DNA from: Chrysomallon squamiferum
Lineage: Eukaryota > Animalia > Mollusca
Assembly: GCA_012295275.1 (NCBI GenBank)
Contig: CM022667.1
Location: forward strand, 1,736,001 to 1,800,000
Reading direction: 5' to 3'
Length of the DNA stretch: 64,000 nucleotides
In this document: positions 43,199 through 64,000 of the stretch, one piece after another
How positions within the stretch are numbered: position 1 is the stretch's first letter
Layout of the letters: each line of letters starts with the position of its first letter
Made by a program: the position numbers and the translations under genes
The notes under the pieces: model-generated
What the model saw: the letters and a program-made list of their open reading frames with translations, nothing else
Database searches by the model: none
What the model was told of the DNA's origin: nothing

Positions 43199-46196
43199 TA
43201 ATAATAATAGTAATAATAATAATAATAATAAATAAATAAGAAGAATAATAAAGAGTAAATTAATACATCATGCTAATTGTACAAAGAACAAACTGACAGA
43301 AAAAGAAAAAAAATTCTTATTCAAATAATATTGGATGGGTTTTTTTATGTTAAAATTTTAAAATAAATACTTTTTTCTTAGGTGACATCATGTTCCACAT
43401 ATATACCTTTGCATTAAAAACAATAAAGAGATAAGAAAAATCAGATTTTATTTATATATAAATTAAAAAGGTTTTACCTGTGAATCCATTTTATTTGACA
43501 GGAAATGACACAGCAATGAACTGATAGCTGTTAATGAAATTGAATAAATATCCAATGAGTTACAGATTTCACATTATTTAAAACAAAAATGTGCATTTAT
43601 AAATGGCCATTATAGACTAAAATAATGGATGTTAATTGATTTTAAAATTTTAAATATGTATGTAATAATTACAACAGCTGTTAATTAAGATAAAAAATTA
43701 TCACATCAACTAGTTAATTAATTTTTTATTTTTTTATTTTTTTTTAAATAAAGTAATACTGCCAATAGCACGATTATTTATAAATCTCTTTCTTTAATAA
43801 AAATACTGGATAGATGATATTCTCACCTGCAATGGCTCCATCTTTAGCTTGCCATGGTGCTTCAGGGTCCAGGCAGATCTGTACAACAAAATCATCCCAT
43901 AATAATATGATTTAAAAATGGATTATGAACTTTTTCCCGAGAAATTGCTAATCATTTTTAAATTTTTAAATAATAATAAATAATAATAATAATGCAAAAA
44001 TATTCATTCAGAAATAGCATTCAAATTTAGAAGATTAAAATCAGAAATGATTGAACCAGGTATATTATAAAATCTAATCTGAAACAATGTATTAAATGCT
44101 ATTAAAAATAAAAAAATAAAAATGTTTTAGATAAACAACTGGCCTATTTATTTATTTCAATAAATAATAACTGGGTGAAATATTTTCATAATGAAACAGA
44201 TTTGGTCACAATATTAAGTGCAGAGTAGTATAATGATTATTTTAAAGAAATAAGAATCAAGAGATCAAGAGAAACTAACTCTGGTGAGTTCACTAAACAG
44301 CTCATTTCTGGCTTCGTCATTGAGAACATCCACAATGGATCCCAAACGACTGCAGCTAGCCTTCCTTATAGGTGACCAAACATCAGTTATACACTGCAGA
44401 AGTAGACCCTTAAAATAAAAGAATAAAAAAATAAAAAATAAAATAAAGTGGAAAATACATGTCTGACACTAACTGCAAACAAAGAATTAACTTGATAACT
44501 GACAGAAAAAATAAAATAATAATAAAATAAAGATATTTAAAAAAATAAAAATAAATTACATACATATCTGAACCTGCCAATTACTATGATAATCAATGTT
44601 CCAGTAAAATGTAATTTTAACTCATGTTAAAAACTTTTTATTCTATCTTACAAAGGAACATGTTAAATTTGCAGCAAAAAAACAAAATAAAACACTAATG
44701 CTGATAACAAAATATTTAAAATTAGTTAAATTAGTTCATATTTTTTAAGACACTTTCTCAAAGAGTGATAAGAAATTAAAAATGACCTTTACACACTGAA
44801 AAGTTACAGGTTGATTCAGTTCATGGTGATGGTTTTGAAGCCAGGTTAAAACGTGGATAACACTTCGATTTCTAACAACTGGCAGATGTGAAGCTGAAAA
44901 AGTTAATATTTAATATGACAAAGTAATTTTATATCTAATATAAATAACTCAAGAACATCCATATATATAAATACACACACACACACACACACACATATAT
45001 ATGATTACATCTTTAAATTTAAATATAAATTTCAAATGTAGTTCTATATGCAAATTTATAGAGTTTATAAATATCAATTCCATGAGAATTTGGCAGCAAT
45101 TTTTAAAAAATGATTTACTAAGCTGAACTACCCTTACAATTAAACAAGAACATACAAACTAAATATCTGTGGAAAAAATTCCCCAGACCTCTGGAATTTT
45201 ACAATTAACATATTTTCACCTCTCAAGAAGATTTAACAGAAATTTAATTTTAGTTCTTGCAGAAATGAAAACTCCACAACTTTAATAGTTAATGATGCCA
45301 GTTGCTTAGAACTGTATGATGTATCATTATCAGTCAACATTTCAAATTATTTATTTATAATTACCATCTGTAATGAGCTTGATGTATGCTGTAATAACTT
45401 TTGTTGTCGGCTTTAAAAGCAGAAACCTGTAATGAAAGAAATTAATAAAATATACTTTTTATTGTCAGTCTTCAACAGTTAATATCAAAATAAAGATACT
45501 AAGTAATTTATCAAATGAGCTTCAGAAAACTTTATCAAAATAATTTCAGCTATCAATTTAACATAAAAAAAAAAATCAACTGAAGCAGTGAAAAATTTAT
45601 TAAATGCTTATATTTAAATACTAATGATGATAGTTTACAGATTAAAAAAATTCTGAAATGGTTTTCCCTTTTCCAGTGCTGACTCAGAGCTACTGAATTC
45701 TCTCAAGATTCTAATGGTTTGAAAAATAAAAATAGAATAAAATAAAAAAAATTTAGTTTTGTTCCACAGAACAAAATGCAGAAAATTATAATAAACACCA
45801 TTTAAGAAAAACATCCAGGAGGTTGCTGAAGCCATTTTTCGGTCCCCTTGGTGAAAGCTGAATGCGAGACAAATCTTTGGCACTGTCTTTGTTATTTTGA
45901 TCCAGCCATCCATATCGGTGTGTGAACACAAACCATAAAAGTCCATCCAAATTTTTGACACCGAGAAACAGTTCATTAATATCACTTTCTGAAAACTTTG
46001 ATTCTGAAGAATTTTGAGGCGCAAAAATGGATTTGCCAACTGCTGAATTAGGTGACTGGTGATTGGTTTGAATGTGAGACAAACATCGACAGCAAAGATG
46101 GTAAACAATTTGAAGAGTTCGACATTCTTCGGCATGACAGGTATTAAGCAATTCTGAAATGCTTTTGTTTACATCATCTGTCAGTTTTTCCATCAT
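31278..46196 (-). CDS. Uncharacterised HEAT/ARM-repeat-like protein, ~1070 aa, 26 coding exons; 1-nt frameshift in exon 36461-36280
   Basis: Phase-consistent GT-AG exons: 46196-45799, 45426-45365, 44893-44787, 44408-44280, 43878-43827, 43527-43478, 43001-42864, 42325-42260, 41825-41754, 41043-40923, 40455-40342, 40023-39879, 39378-39279, 38873-38788, 38519-38393, 37147-36962, 36461-36280 (frameshifted), 35870-35734, 35418-35373, 34925-34771, 34382-34256, 33776-33657, 33351-33216, 32555-32368, 31877-31811, 31378-31278. HEAT-like turns: DVWSPIRKAS, PWQAKDGAI, HSQLTIRETAAKAF, HPASTVRQST, SWEGNEGRLFAYE, HSQWELRRIALQVF. Acidic DDDSDWDSWSDEEE lies near the C-terminus. Confidence 0.85.
32015..32295. 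repeat. Two-copy diverged tandem duplication (~140 bp unit) in an intron
   Basis: CTGTGTTAACA...ATTTATGGTAATAT...TTACATTTGTA...ATGAAA..TTGCCTCATTTAATGC occurs twice. Confidence 0.8.
37136..37520 (-). repeat. ~46-48-bp minisatellite (~8 copies) whose terminal unit contains the true splice acceptor
   Basis: Minus-strand unit TTCATACTAATTATTTTTATACTGTGTTTTGATTAG|GTGTTTCCATAC, repeated upstream with substitutions. Confidence 0.9.
40425..40700 (-). repeat. Three-copy degenerate repeat of acceptor plus exon start
   Basis: + strand GGTTGTTGTTTGATCGTTGTACTAGAGTTATAAA is echoed at ~40561 and ~40649. Confidence 0.75.
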
Positions 46197-46549
46197 AGTC
46201 TCACTGATGAAATTTGTGTAAACAATCACGCAGATGTGCTAACACTAAACAACACATCTGTTGCTGAACCATTTTTAGCCAGCCAAAGGTGAATAGTAAT
46301 TTGATGGTATTAGGTTCTACCAGTTTTAATTTTTTTTTTTTTTTTTTTTTTGCTCATCTACTGCATAATCTGGAAAGATAAAATCAAGTAATATATTATT
46401 CTAATGTCATGAATGATATTAAACATAGTATGTTCACCATGTAAAAAATAACTTAAAATAAAATAACAAAAATGAACTTTCTGCAGACAGCATTTTTAAT
46501 TTATCTACATAAATGTAAGCAAATGCAATTTTAATATTAATAACTACAT

Positions 46550-47209
46550 TTTAAAGCTCAGTAACGTGTAATAAGCGCATATAGATATACTAAGCATGAT
46601 CCATTGATTTTATTTATAATTTTGATCTGACGGTAATTCGGTGTAGTGTCCTGTAAAATTAGAAATGCATTCAGTTTATCAAATATCTTGATTTTTTCTC
46701 CCATAAACTTTAATATAAACTGTACGTGTCTGTAATATAATGTAAACAAAATAAAAAATATAGTATTAGTACTACACTGCAATACCAGTCGCCTTGTAAA
46801 ACTATCGAAAATAAGCTCTGGTCGAATACATATTCACGCTACGTTAAAAGACATTGAACTAACATTAAACTCACTTGATCAAATCGTTCATGATTAAGTA
46901 ACTTAATTATTTTAAAATACAAATATTGATTAAGGCTATGTTTGATGGAAACCGAAAAAGGAAGTCTCTTTGAATTATTTTTGATAAATTCCTATTTTCG
47001 AAAATAGCACTCTCACCCGCGAAACATTGTTATGTGTGACGTAAATACCCTGAACTTGAAATGTTTCATAGTTACGCTAATGCAATGTGTTTATTGTTTA
47101 ATAAAAGGACAAAGATGCCAGTCGTTTCGAAATTTCTAGTTCCAGTCTAAACAGGTGCCCGACATTGAACGGCGTAATATTCAATCACACCAGTTTATTC
47201 AGAAAAAAG
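46550..47209. promoter_or_regulatory. Putative bidirectional promoter HEAT-like gene/UBE2V
   Basis: Divergent starts ~1 kb apart in a CpG-retaining stretch. Also a minus-strand donor CAA|GTGAGT at ~46876 (5'UTR exon), GGAAGT (ETS-like, ~46960) and GTGACGT (CRE-like, ~47036). Confidence 0.55.
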
Positions 47210-50200
47210 ATGGCCTCAAATAATGGTTTGTATAAATTCGCTCTTGTTTTAATGAACTATTTACGTAATATTAAAATTGTTACATCGGATTATATTTCGC
47301 TCCAATATACAATTAATAGGTGATTTTGAAAATAAATGGAAAGGAGAACTATAATTGTGCTTTCTTTTCTACGTTCTATTTATGCCCGTTTAACTTTTAA
47401 GGCGTTTGACACAAATGATACATTGATAGAAATCACAATATCATGCCTTAAAATACAATCATTTGAAATATCTCTGATTATGTTCACAAAGTATTTCCGT
47501 ATTGAGTGCAGGTATTCAGTTTGCCAGGATATATTTAAAACGATGCAGTTAAAGGGGACGGTAGCGATGGACATGTGATTTTTTTTAAAAGAAAAGAAAA
47601 AAAAAAATATTAAAAGCTTTAAAAAAAATGGGCAACAGCATAAATAGCATTTGAGTAAAATTAAAATAATAATGAATAAAACAGTGTAGTTTTGTCAGAT
47701 ATGGCAGAATCTAATTTTTAAGTGCTCGATTATGTCGATTCATCCAATTAGTCATTCTCACTTGTAAATTATAATCCATAAAATATTCTTTTTGAGTAAC
47801 ACTATTAATAATAGACTGACAAATTATTTATTTATTTATTTTTATCCTCAAAATACTTTTATACTCATAAGAATAAAGAAGAATATATTTAATGACATCA
47901 TTTTTATTAGGTGACCCACTGACTGATTAATTGGTAACACCTTGGAAAACAAATCTGCCATTACATGGGCTACTCTTAATGTTAGCAGGAAGATATGTTT
48001 TATAAATACTTTCCCAAGGAAGCACGTTCCATGGGTTTTCGGCTCCGTGATCAAAATACATTAAATTCACAGCCCATGCTGCTTGTGAAATGTTGTGATA
48101 GAGAATCATTTTCTAAATTTGTTGTCTTAAAATAAAAACATGCAGTTCACAGAAAAAGAATGCCCCAGTTACTGAGCAATACAGAATTTTCATTGTAATG
48201 AAGAATCTCAACAGAGAATAAAATGAACATGTATTCTCGTGTGTTTGTATTAAGTCATCTCTTGCTGTTGACGAATGAACTCTTTTTTTTTAATCTTAGA
48301 TGCAGATTTTTAAATATTTATAAATATTTACATTCTATGTTGAGGAAAAAAATACACACACAAGATTTCAGATAACAAAATCCGTTCTAAGCAAATTGGA
48401 GGATTTTAAAAATATTTTTTGGTATAAGATGTATAATTTGTGTTTCATAATTCCAAACCCAGTATAAGGATATTTCTGATATTGATACAGGATTTAGTTA
48501 AGACTAGATAACTGTACAAACAAAACGTGTATGAAAAGCCCAGAGACGCTTGTTCTAGACATTTGAAATAGTAACAGGAAATTTAAATTATTCTTTGCTA
48601 AATAAACAAAATAGTGGACATAGAAAGTTAAGAAATGACATTTTACACTTAATAAATGGAAAAGTATAAAAAAAATTACAAACTCATTTAACAAAGATGT
48701 TAAATCAAAAATTAAATGTATTAATATTTTATGCATTTAACGCTTTATACAATTTTTGTAAATTATGCTTAATTTGTTTGACACTGAAATAAATAAGTAT
48801 AATAAACTAAGGTACATCTGTATTAATTATTATATGTCATGATTAAATTTAATGTGAAATCTGAAACAATATTTAAGGCAATTACTTAAAAAAACCCACA
48901 AAAAAACAAAACAAAAAAGAAAGGAAAAAAAACCCCTAGAAATCTGTTGAAGAACAGCATCCACATTTAAAATAAATAAAAAAATAAATGTAGTTAATCT
49001 GTAGTACATTTTTATATATATTTTGCCTAAAATGAAATAACATTTTACTCTAGAATGTAGCAACAGTTTACTATTGTTATTGATTTTGTTTGTACACTTA
49101 CAAATTTTTTTTTATCTTGCATGTGTCAGCATATTGTTAAAGTCATGATATATTGATCCACTGATAAAAATATCCTGTTTTATTTTAATTATATTCAGAA
49201 AGTGGGTTAGGAAAATATTTTGAGTGGTCTAGAAAAATGCCTAGGTTTAATTTTTGTATTTGAAATATATATATATATATATTTTTTTATCAATAATTAG
49301 TAATGTTAATTGTTTTGTATACACTTTTAACTGCTTTCTTTAATACTGTGATTATATGCCTCTTTCTCACTGCATATTTATATAAAAACATTGTTTGCTT
49401 AATCCTCACTTGAAATTAATAATATTTTGTTTTAATCTTCTTACATTCTTTTTTCGTTTGTCTCTTACAGTGTTAGTGCCAAGAAATTTCAAACTGTTAG
49501 ATGAACTTGAAGCTGGACAGAAGGGCTATGGTGATGGAACAATTAGCTGGGGATTAGAAAGTGATGAAGACATCACAATGACTTTTTGGAATGCCATGAT
49601 CATTGGTCCACCCAGAGTAAGTTAGAATGAATAAAAAAATGTTTGATTTATTAATGTATTTTTTTAAATTTTATTTATTTAATTTTGTTTTATCTTAATT
49701 GCAGATTTTGAAATATAGAAATAGATTAAAGATTTCAAAAAAATCATCTCAACTGATGAGTTTATTTTCATATTGTAAAGTGTTCTTACTTTCTTTTTTT
49801 GAATTTTCAAGTTTTAAGGGTTATTTTAATGGAATTGTGCTCAAGATTAAAATAAATATCATTACAATTATGCTTATCATCATTGGAGTATTGTGAAAAG
49901 TATCAGAAAAAGGTTTAAAAAGCTACATTTGTTGCATTTGATGAATAACAATCAAATTTCACTTTCTAGTAAACTATCAGATATATATTTTTTAAAAATA
50001 AAGAATTTATTAATTTATATGAGTATTATTGGGTATGTTTGCAAAAATAATTACTGATTACACTTTCAGTAGTAATATATGTTTCAGACACAGAATAAAA
50101 AAAAAACCAAACTCCAAGGATAAAATTAAGAATAAAAAAGAATAAAACAACATAAAAACTCTTACAAAATAAAACAGGCTTTTGTTAAACAGTATTACAA

Positions 50201-51357
50201 ACAGTCACATCAGAATGAGTCATTCCAGTGTGACAAAGGTAAACATTTGATACAGACTGTCATCAAACGCTGGTGATCATGATTCAAAAATAAACTGGTT
50301 TGTTTCATCATAGGTTATTTTTTTTTTTTTTTTTTTATTATTGAGTCATCATATATTATGTACTATAAGAGTGGAACAGTTTGCTTTAAAATGATCTATT
50401 CTTTTTTTTTCTTTTAAAAAAAAAAAAAAATTATATTAAATGAATAAATAGTAAAATAACGTTGAATTTCAGACAGGATTTGAGTCTCGAATATACCAGC
50501 TGCAGGTAATATGTGGAGAGGATTACCCAGATCGACCACCATCTGTGAAATTCATACACAAAATCAACATGAACGGTGTAGATGAGAATGGCAAGGTAAT
50601 AAATACAAGTATATAATCGTGGTTTGGTAAATTAACATTATTTTAAGTTATCCATCATGCTTTGGGTAATCAAAATTATTTTAAGTTTATAATCGTTATC
50701 GTGGTCTGGTGATTAGAATATTTTTGAAAAAAAAAATCATTTCAGTTTGCTGTAAAGGATTTTTAGTTAAATTTTATGTTTATCATCATGCTTTTTTCAT
50801 CTGTTAAGTTAATAAAAAGAAAAATCTCTGTCCCTTTTAAGATTATATATAATAGCAAAATTGATATATTCATAAATCTTTTATTTATTTATTTATTTAT
50901 TTTATTAAGTTAATAAAAAGAAAAATCTCAGAAAAGTTGTCTTAGGTTTATCATTTCTTTTATTAAGTTAAAAAGAAAAACATCTCTGTTTTTTGATAAA
51001 TAATAACAAAATTAATACACACATAAAAGTTATTCTGAGTTAATAAAAAGGTTGAAACCTCTCTATTTTTAGATGAATAATAACAAAATTGATGTACTCA
51101 TAAAAGAAAAAACGTCTCTATTTTTTAGATAAATAATAACATAATTGATGTACTCAGAAAAGTCATTATAATAGAAGTTAATAAAAAGAAAAAACCTCTC
51201 TCTCTATTTTCAGATAAACAATAACAAAATTGATGTACTCAGAAGCTGGAAGCGGAGCTACACAATCTGCACGGTGTTACAGCATTTACGTCAGTGTATG
51301 TCGAGTAAAGAAAATTACAAACTGACACAACCACCCGAGGGTTCCACATACCAATGA
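47210..51357 (+). CDS. UBE2V2: Ubiquitin-conjugating enzyme E2 variant (UEV1/MMS2), 142 aa, 4 exons
   Basis: Exons 47210-47225, 49471-49616, 50473-50595 and 51214-51357 give [35 protein letters not shown]...[17 protein letters not shown]...[17 protein letters not shown]...[12 protein letters not shown]. Likely the single invertebrate co-ortholog of UBE2V1/2. Confidence 0.95.
50805..51245 (+). repeat. Degenerate tandem copies of the last-exon acceptor plus first ~30 exon nt of UBE2V
   Basis: CTCTATTTT(T/C)AG|ATAAA.AATAACAAAATTGATGTACTCA recurs at ~50825, ~50984, ~51061, ~51116 and at the real site 51213/51214. Confidence 0.88.
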
Positions 51358-51574
51358 TGGAACTGTGTGAATGCCAACTCTCTGTACTGAACACAATGTA
51401 ACATCTCAAGGCAACAGATCACAAACAAAAAAAAAAAAAAACGAATGGGAAAACAAGTTTATATGCACTGAAAGGAATTTTTGACACTTTTTTTCAAACA
51501 TAGGATTTGAGACCAAATTTAAAAACCTGTTTGCTTGATGTGCTCTCAATATTAATCTCCGAGGAATTTTTAAC

Positions 51575-51619
<45 letters not shown>

Positions 51620-52592
51620 CTGGCCTGTTTTTATTTTATTTCCTAATCTTATTTTGTTTATTTGATTTGAGTTTTTTCATTTTCTTTTTAATTGTGCAGT
51701 AGAGCACACTATCTGATCGATTTTTAAGTTTATATATAATTTTTTTTTTTTTGTACTGATAAGGAAATTCTGTGTTAATTCAGGGTATTTCATTTTTTTT
51801 TTTTAATTCACTTAAAGCTATTTTTTATTTTATGTCTTTCAACTGTAACATATAGCAGTAACCTTGGACCATTGGTGAGTTCAGTGTTTGTGTGGTGGGA
51901 GGGCACTGCTGGTTAAAAACAAATGCAGGGACACTACTGTTTTTATTTTTTTAAATTTTGTTTTAGTCGTTTTTTTAAGGAATTTAAAAAAAAAGTCTAC
52001 AAAAATATTTTGTGATTTTTTTTTTTTTTTTTTTTTTGAATTTTGTTTAAAACAAATGCAGGGATATTATTAATATTTTTTTTTTTTTTTTTTTCAAGGA
52101 TAAAATCTACAAAAAATATTATCTTATGTCTGTGAGAATTTTGGTAAATTCTGGGGTACTACTATCAAGGACACTTAGAAAAAAAAAGAGAAAAATTACA
52201 CCAAAATATTTTAACATTTCTAAGAGAATTTTCATTTACGGGGGCAAATTTCTTGGGCCTTGACTAATTAGAAAAGACAAAAAAATAAAAATAAAAATAA
52301 AAATAAAAATCCCTATCTGGTTTGTATAGTCTGTTCGTAATGTTGTGGTAGGGCACGTCAAACAATCTTGTTTTTAATAATGGCTTCATGACCTGGTGTC
52401 ATAACATGCCTCACAACCCATTTGAAACTTAGGTAATTTTTTCTCACTCATACACACCTAACCTATAGTATATCAGAGAAACAAATTTAAAATGAAAAAA
52501 TAAAATAAAATCAGCTAATTTATGTGGTTAGGTAAGTAAAATAATCGTTCTGAATATATGGCAGGGTGGAGTACCACGAATATAAAATTTAT

Positions 52593-52623
<31 letters not shown>

Positions 52624-55600
52624 CCCAAGAAGATTAAAGACCAAAACATAAATCCTATAAAGAAAAGAATGAAAACTGAAATACATAATGCTTGGAGGGA
52701 ATCGGCTAACAGATTTTTGATTAACATAATTTTATAAATAGAAGCCAAAGAAACCTCAGTTAACATAAATTTTGTTATTTAATCTTAAGTGAAGTCCAGC
52801 CCACCCATCTTTCTCAAAAATGGCCCTTGGAGCAGGTTTTGTCATGTGTAAATAAAACAGGTAAATATTCTCTTTCTTGGCATGCTTTTGCAGAATGCGT
52901 AACAGAGTATCATTCCCCCACTTTTCAGACGTGTAATCTAAGAATGGTAAGCATCATATATCTTCATTCTCACAAGCTGGGATGGTATGGTTAAAACATT
53001 CAGGAAATGAAATGACAGATCATCTTGAAAGTTTCTCCGAAAACTGATTTTGTCTGGAAAATGTATCCTGTTTTGGATTATTATAATTTTTTAATTTTTT
53101 TTAATTTTTTTTTTTGTTTTGATATTGAGTACATTTTTTGTCTGCAAAAGCATGTTTCAAGATTTGAAATTTTATAGTGTTTAAAAAAAATAATCTTGTA
53201 ATGATGTTCCATGTATGTTTTTTTAAAAAAACTTTTTTTTTTTTTTTTTTTAAATCTGGTCAAAAATAAATGTTGTAGAAGGAGCTGTTGCTGTTACTTC
53301 AGCCAATTCATTGATGTTTGCTTTTTCTGTACAACAAATGCCATCTCTTCAGACATCCACATTTGCTTTTGTTGATAGGTTTGTAGATTTCAGTGTCAAT
53401 CTTAAACTGTAAAATACCCAGCTAAATACATAATTTTATCTTTCAAATACAACATACCCTTTCCTCCATAAATTTTGCTGATTAATCCGCATAAAATCAT
53501 ACATTAAATTTTATTATTTCCCCTCGTATAGCAAAATTAAAAAAATATCAAAGAATTTACCCTCTTAGACTAACAGAATCTTGAGACATACTAAAAAAAA
53601 AAAAAAAAAAAAAAAAAAATAATTTTAATATTAATAAATTAGTTGAATGATTTTGTATTGGGAATGAATAACAAATTAATTTTGAAAGGTTCTCTTAAAT
53701 ATCTTTTAATTTTTTTTCCCTAAAACCCCCATTAAATATGATTCCAATCCTGCCATGGCCAAGTCACAGCAATAGATCCTCAATAATTTTTATCTTACAC
53801 TAGAAACACTCCACCATGTTTTAAATTTTTTTTTTTTTTTTTTTTTTTTTCCTCAAAAAATATAAACTTGTAAATATTTGGTTTTTGTGTTCAGGTGTGT
53901 GTTGCATTTCTTTTTCTTTTTTTTTTTTTTTTTTTTTTTTTTTGTGTTAAATTTTTATTTAAAAGAAGAAAAAAAAAAGTTTTTACGAATTTCTTTTCTT
54001 ACAGAATATTATGTATTTTCCAAATCATTCTCTGCCATTGTTGAAGGTCTTTGTTTTGGAGAATATAATGATAACTTGAACATTGATGTGAAGACATGTC
54101 GTGTTTAAGCTGTGTGTAATTATATTGTAACTAACATTTGAAGATTTTTAAAACAATCATTTCTAATCATTGAATATCTGTAGGCATATAAACATCTTTG
54201 GTACAGTACATTTGAGGTTATCCTTAATGATGTAGTCAAATTTTCTTTATTAAACTGATTTATTGCATCTTAGATACAACATATACTTTTTTTTTTTACT
54301 TTTTAAGCCTAAATAGTCCAATTTAATTTCAGGTGAATAGTTTTTATTTTGTGTAACAATATTTATATTTCCTATTATTATTAATTTTTTTTTTTTTAAT
54401 GTAATTCACAATAAATAGAGATTAAAATTAGTTTTATTTATTTGTAAATGCTAATTAAACTGTAAATTCTTTCTTGCTTTAACTTTTATTTTGCAGTCAT
54501 ATTTTTTTAGTTTTAGTTGCTACATGAGTGATCTGAAATTATGTACTAATATTTAAAACTGATTGAAACTGATGTTGCTGTAATAACATGCTTAAATTCT
54601 CAAAATTCCATACTCACACCGGTTTTTTTCTTTTCTTCCCTTCTTCCCCAAACTCTCATGGACATTTTGTAAAGGTGATTAATTATGACAAGAAAAGGTT
54701 TTGAATGTAATCTTTTTAAAAATGTTCTGCCTTTGTTTGAATTGGCCAGGTTGTTTTGCATACATCTACAAGATACCAAAAATATTTATTTTCTTTGATA
54801 TTTCAAGGATGTATGAAAACAACCTTGTCAATTTAATTAAAATTTGTTTTTCCTTATTTTATTTGTTTTAAAAAAAAAAAAAAAAAAGAGTATTATCCAT
54901 GGTGTATAATGGTTTTTCATGCCTACAATTATGATTCCCATGTAAATAGAACTTGCCACAATATTTAGCTTCTTTTATTTTTCTTCTTCTTTCTTTGCTG
55001 ATCTGTTTTTGCATTACATTTTTGTTTTCTTTCTTGTAATACAAACTTGAATTTTGCATTGTTGACAGAAAAGTGGTAATGAATATTTTTAAAAAAATAC
55101 AACAAAAAGTTTGTGATAGTATTTTTTTTATTATTATTATTTTTTTTTTTACATGTCTTGCTTTGTGTCATGTTCCCAGATTTGTGTACTCAGTGTGGGA
55201 ATCTGGAATCTACTGTCAAGAATGCATAACATGCACAATTTGTCAATAAAACTAATTAGAAAGTAAATTGAGTTTCTTACATGTTATAGCCAAAACTCTG
55301 GGCGTTTGTACTTGTCATAGAAAAAGCCAAGCAGTTTCTTATGTCTTGTATTACACAGCAAAAACTGAGCAGTTTCATAGACAAAACAGTGAGCAATATG
55401 CCTGTTGTAGTCAACATGACTCTATGGATAATTACTTATTTTGTTTCCAAACTTTGAATTGATTATTTATTTAAATGCAGGAATGGTAAATTAATGAACA
55501 TGTCTGAATTATCTGGCTTAAGTTGAAAAAAACAACAAAAACCCCCCCAAAAAACAAAACAACAATCGAACATAATTGAGAGCAATTGCTAGTTTATTAT

Positions 55601-56179
55601 GAAAATGTTAGAGTTTGGGCTCTTTCCCAAACACATTTTTAAAAACAGCAAAGCACAGAATAATTTTTTTTAGTACATGCAGCATGTAGGACAAGTGACT
55701 TATCTCCCATCAACTCCCATGCATTTCAGAATTTTAATACTGTAGACTGTGGAAATTGGATTTACCTCATGGACTTAAAAAAAAGAAGAATTCTTGTTAT
55801 ATTGTAAGAAGCAGAGACATACACACAGACTCACAAAAATCATATCAGCTCAGTAAAAGCTGTCAACTGTGAGATTGCAGGGCAACTACCAGTCTTATTC
55901 GTTTTCCTGGAAATTTAATTATACAGGTAATGGTGAAAATGTGATAATGGCAGCTTTCTTTCTTCGTGTCATAATATATATACATATACATACATATATA
56001 TATAAATTTGGATACTCTGTGACTTTTACATGGTAATATTAAAACATTCTTTCATTTCACAAATAAAATGTGCAGTGTTGGGTGATGATTTAATAAATAC
56101 TATTTACATCCATGTTTTTAGCGAGAATGTCACGAATAAGCACACATGTAGAATGAAGCTTGTGTAGATGATATCTGTA

Positions 56180-63344
<7,165 letters not shown>

Positions 63345-64000
63345 TTTCAGAGTTTTGCTGTTCTTCAACAATTAGTTTTATTCACTGGTCACTTTTATGT
63401 GGACATGGTGAGGTAATAGGGATTCTTTCTGCTTTTAGTAACCTGCGACATATTAATAAAACTAATTATTAAACTAAATTAGTAATAAGTATTTACTGGT
63501 GATTTTGGAAATGAATCATGCTATAAGGTTATAGAATAACATTGAAATTCAGTAATTGTGAAGAGAATACTGCAACTATTATTATTATAACTATGAATGC
63601 AAATGCAAAATAAATAGCTTTATGCGATTTTTTGACTAATCACGATGGCAACATCTTTTTAAAATCCCGTAAATATTTTGCGTAACTAGTGTCAACATTA
63701 AATAAAATAAACAAAATACATTTGTGATTTAGAAGGTTTGCAAAAATACCGTCTGATGCAGTCTCGTTAAAATAAGCCATATTTGATACCCAAATTTGTG
63801 AAGTCTTCAATTGAAGGAAACATTTAACTGGATGGGAGTAATCATTTATCAATTGTTATTTAATAAACATAGAAACTGATCTATTTAGTTTACTTTATTG
63901 TCATGATCTTTAAAATCCGCAGTACTAAACAACTTATGTTTTAATGCTTGCAACAAGAAGGTATAATCGTTTTCTTGGAAAATTAAAAACAAAGCTCCAA

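Noticed and set aside
45635-46135. 166-aa alternate-frame ORF overlapping the first coding exon of the HEAT-like gene
   Set aside because: The other frame splices in phase to the next exon; this one runs into T-rich intron sequence.

Overview
AT-rich, microsatellite-dense animal genomic DNA with GT-AG introns; a mollusc or other lophotrochozoan is my guess from composition and gene families and is not proven. The left ~20 kb is an accessory-looking block. It holds two divergently oriented alpha-kinase-fold genes with intronless CDSs. Both have lost active-site residues but keep the zinc site and carry PPxY / LYPx(L/F) tails; the first has a 1-nt frameshift. The block also holds a single-coding-exon type II membrane fucosyltransferase-superfamily gene, local duplications and a possible transposase relic. 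The right ~43 kb holds five multi-exon genes in alternating orientation, with exons reconstructed by hand and phase-checked: DECR1 (-), BOLA3 (+), a ~1070-aa uncharacterised HEAT/ARM-like protein (-, 26 coding exons, one 1-nt frameshift), UBE2V/MMS2 (+) and CDK10 (-). Most ORFs in the supplied track are artefacts of simple repeats. The best candidate for an undescribed system is the head-to-head pair of putative alpha-pseudokinases with NEDD4/ESCRT-type docking motifs. A second recurring oddity is intronic tandem arrays made of degenerate copies of the true splice acceptor plus the exon start.
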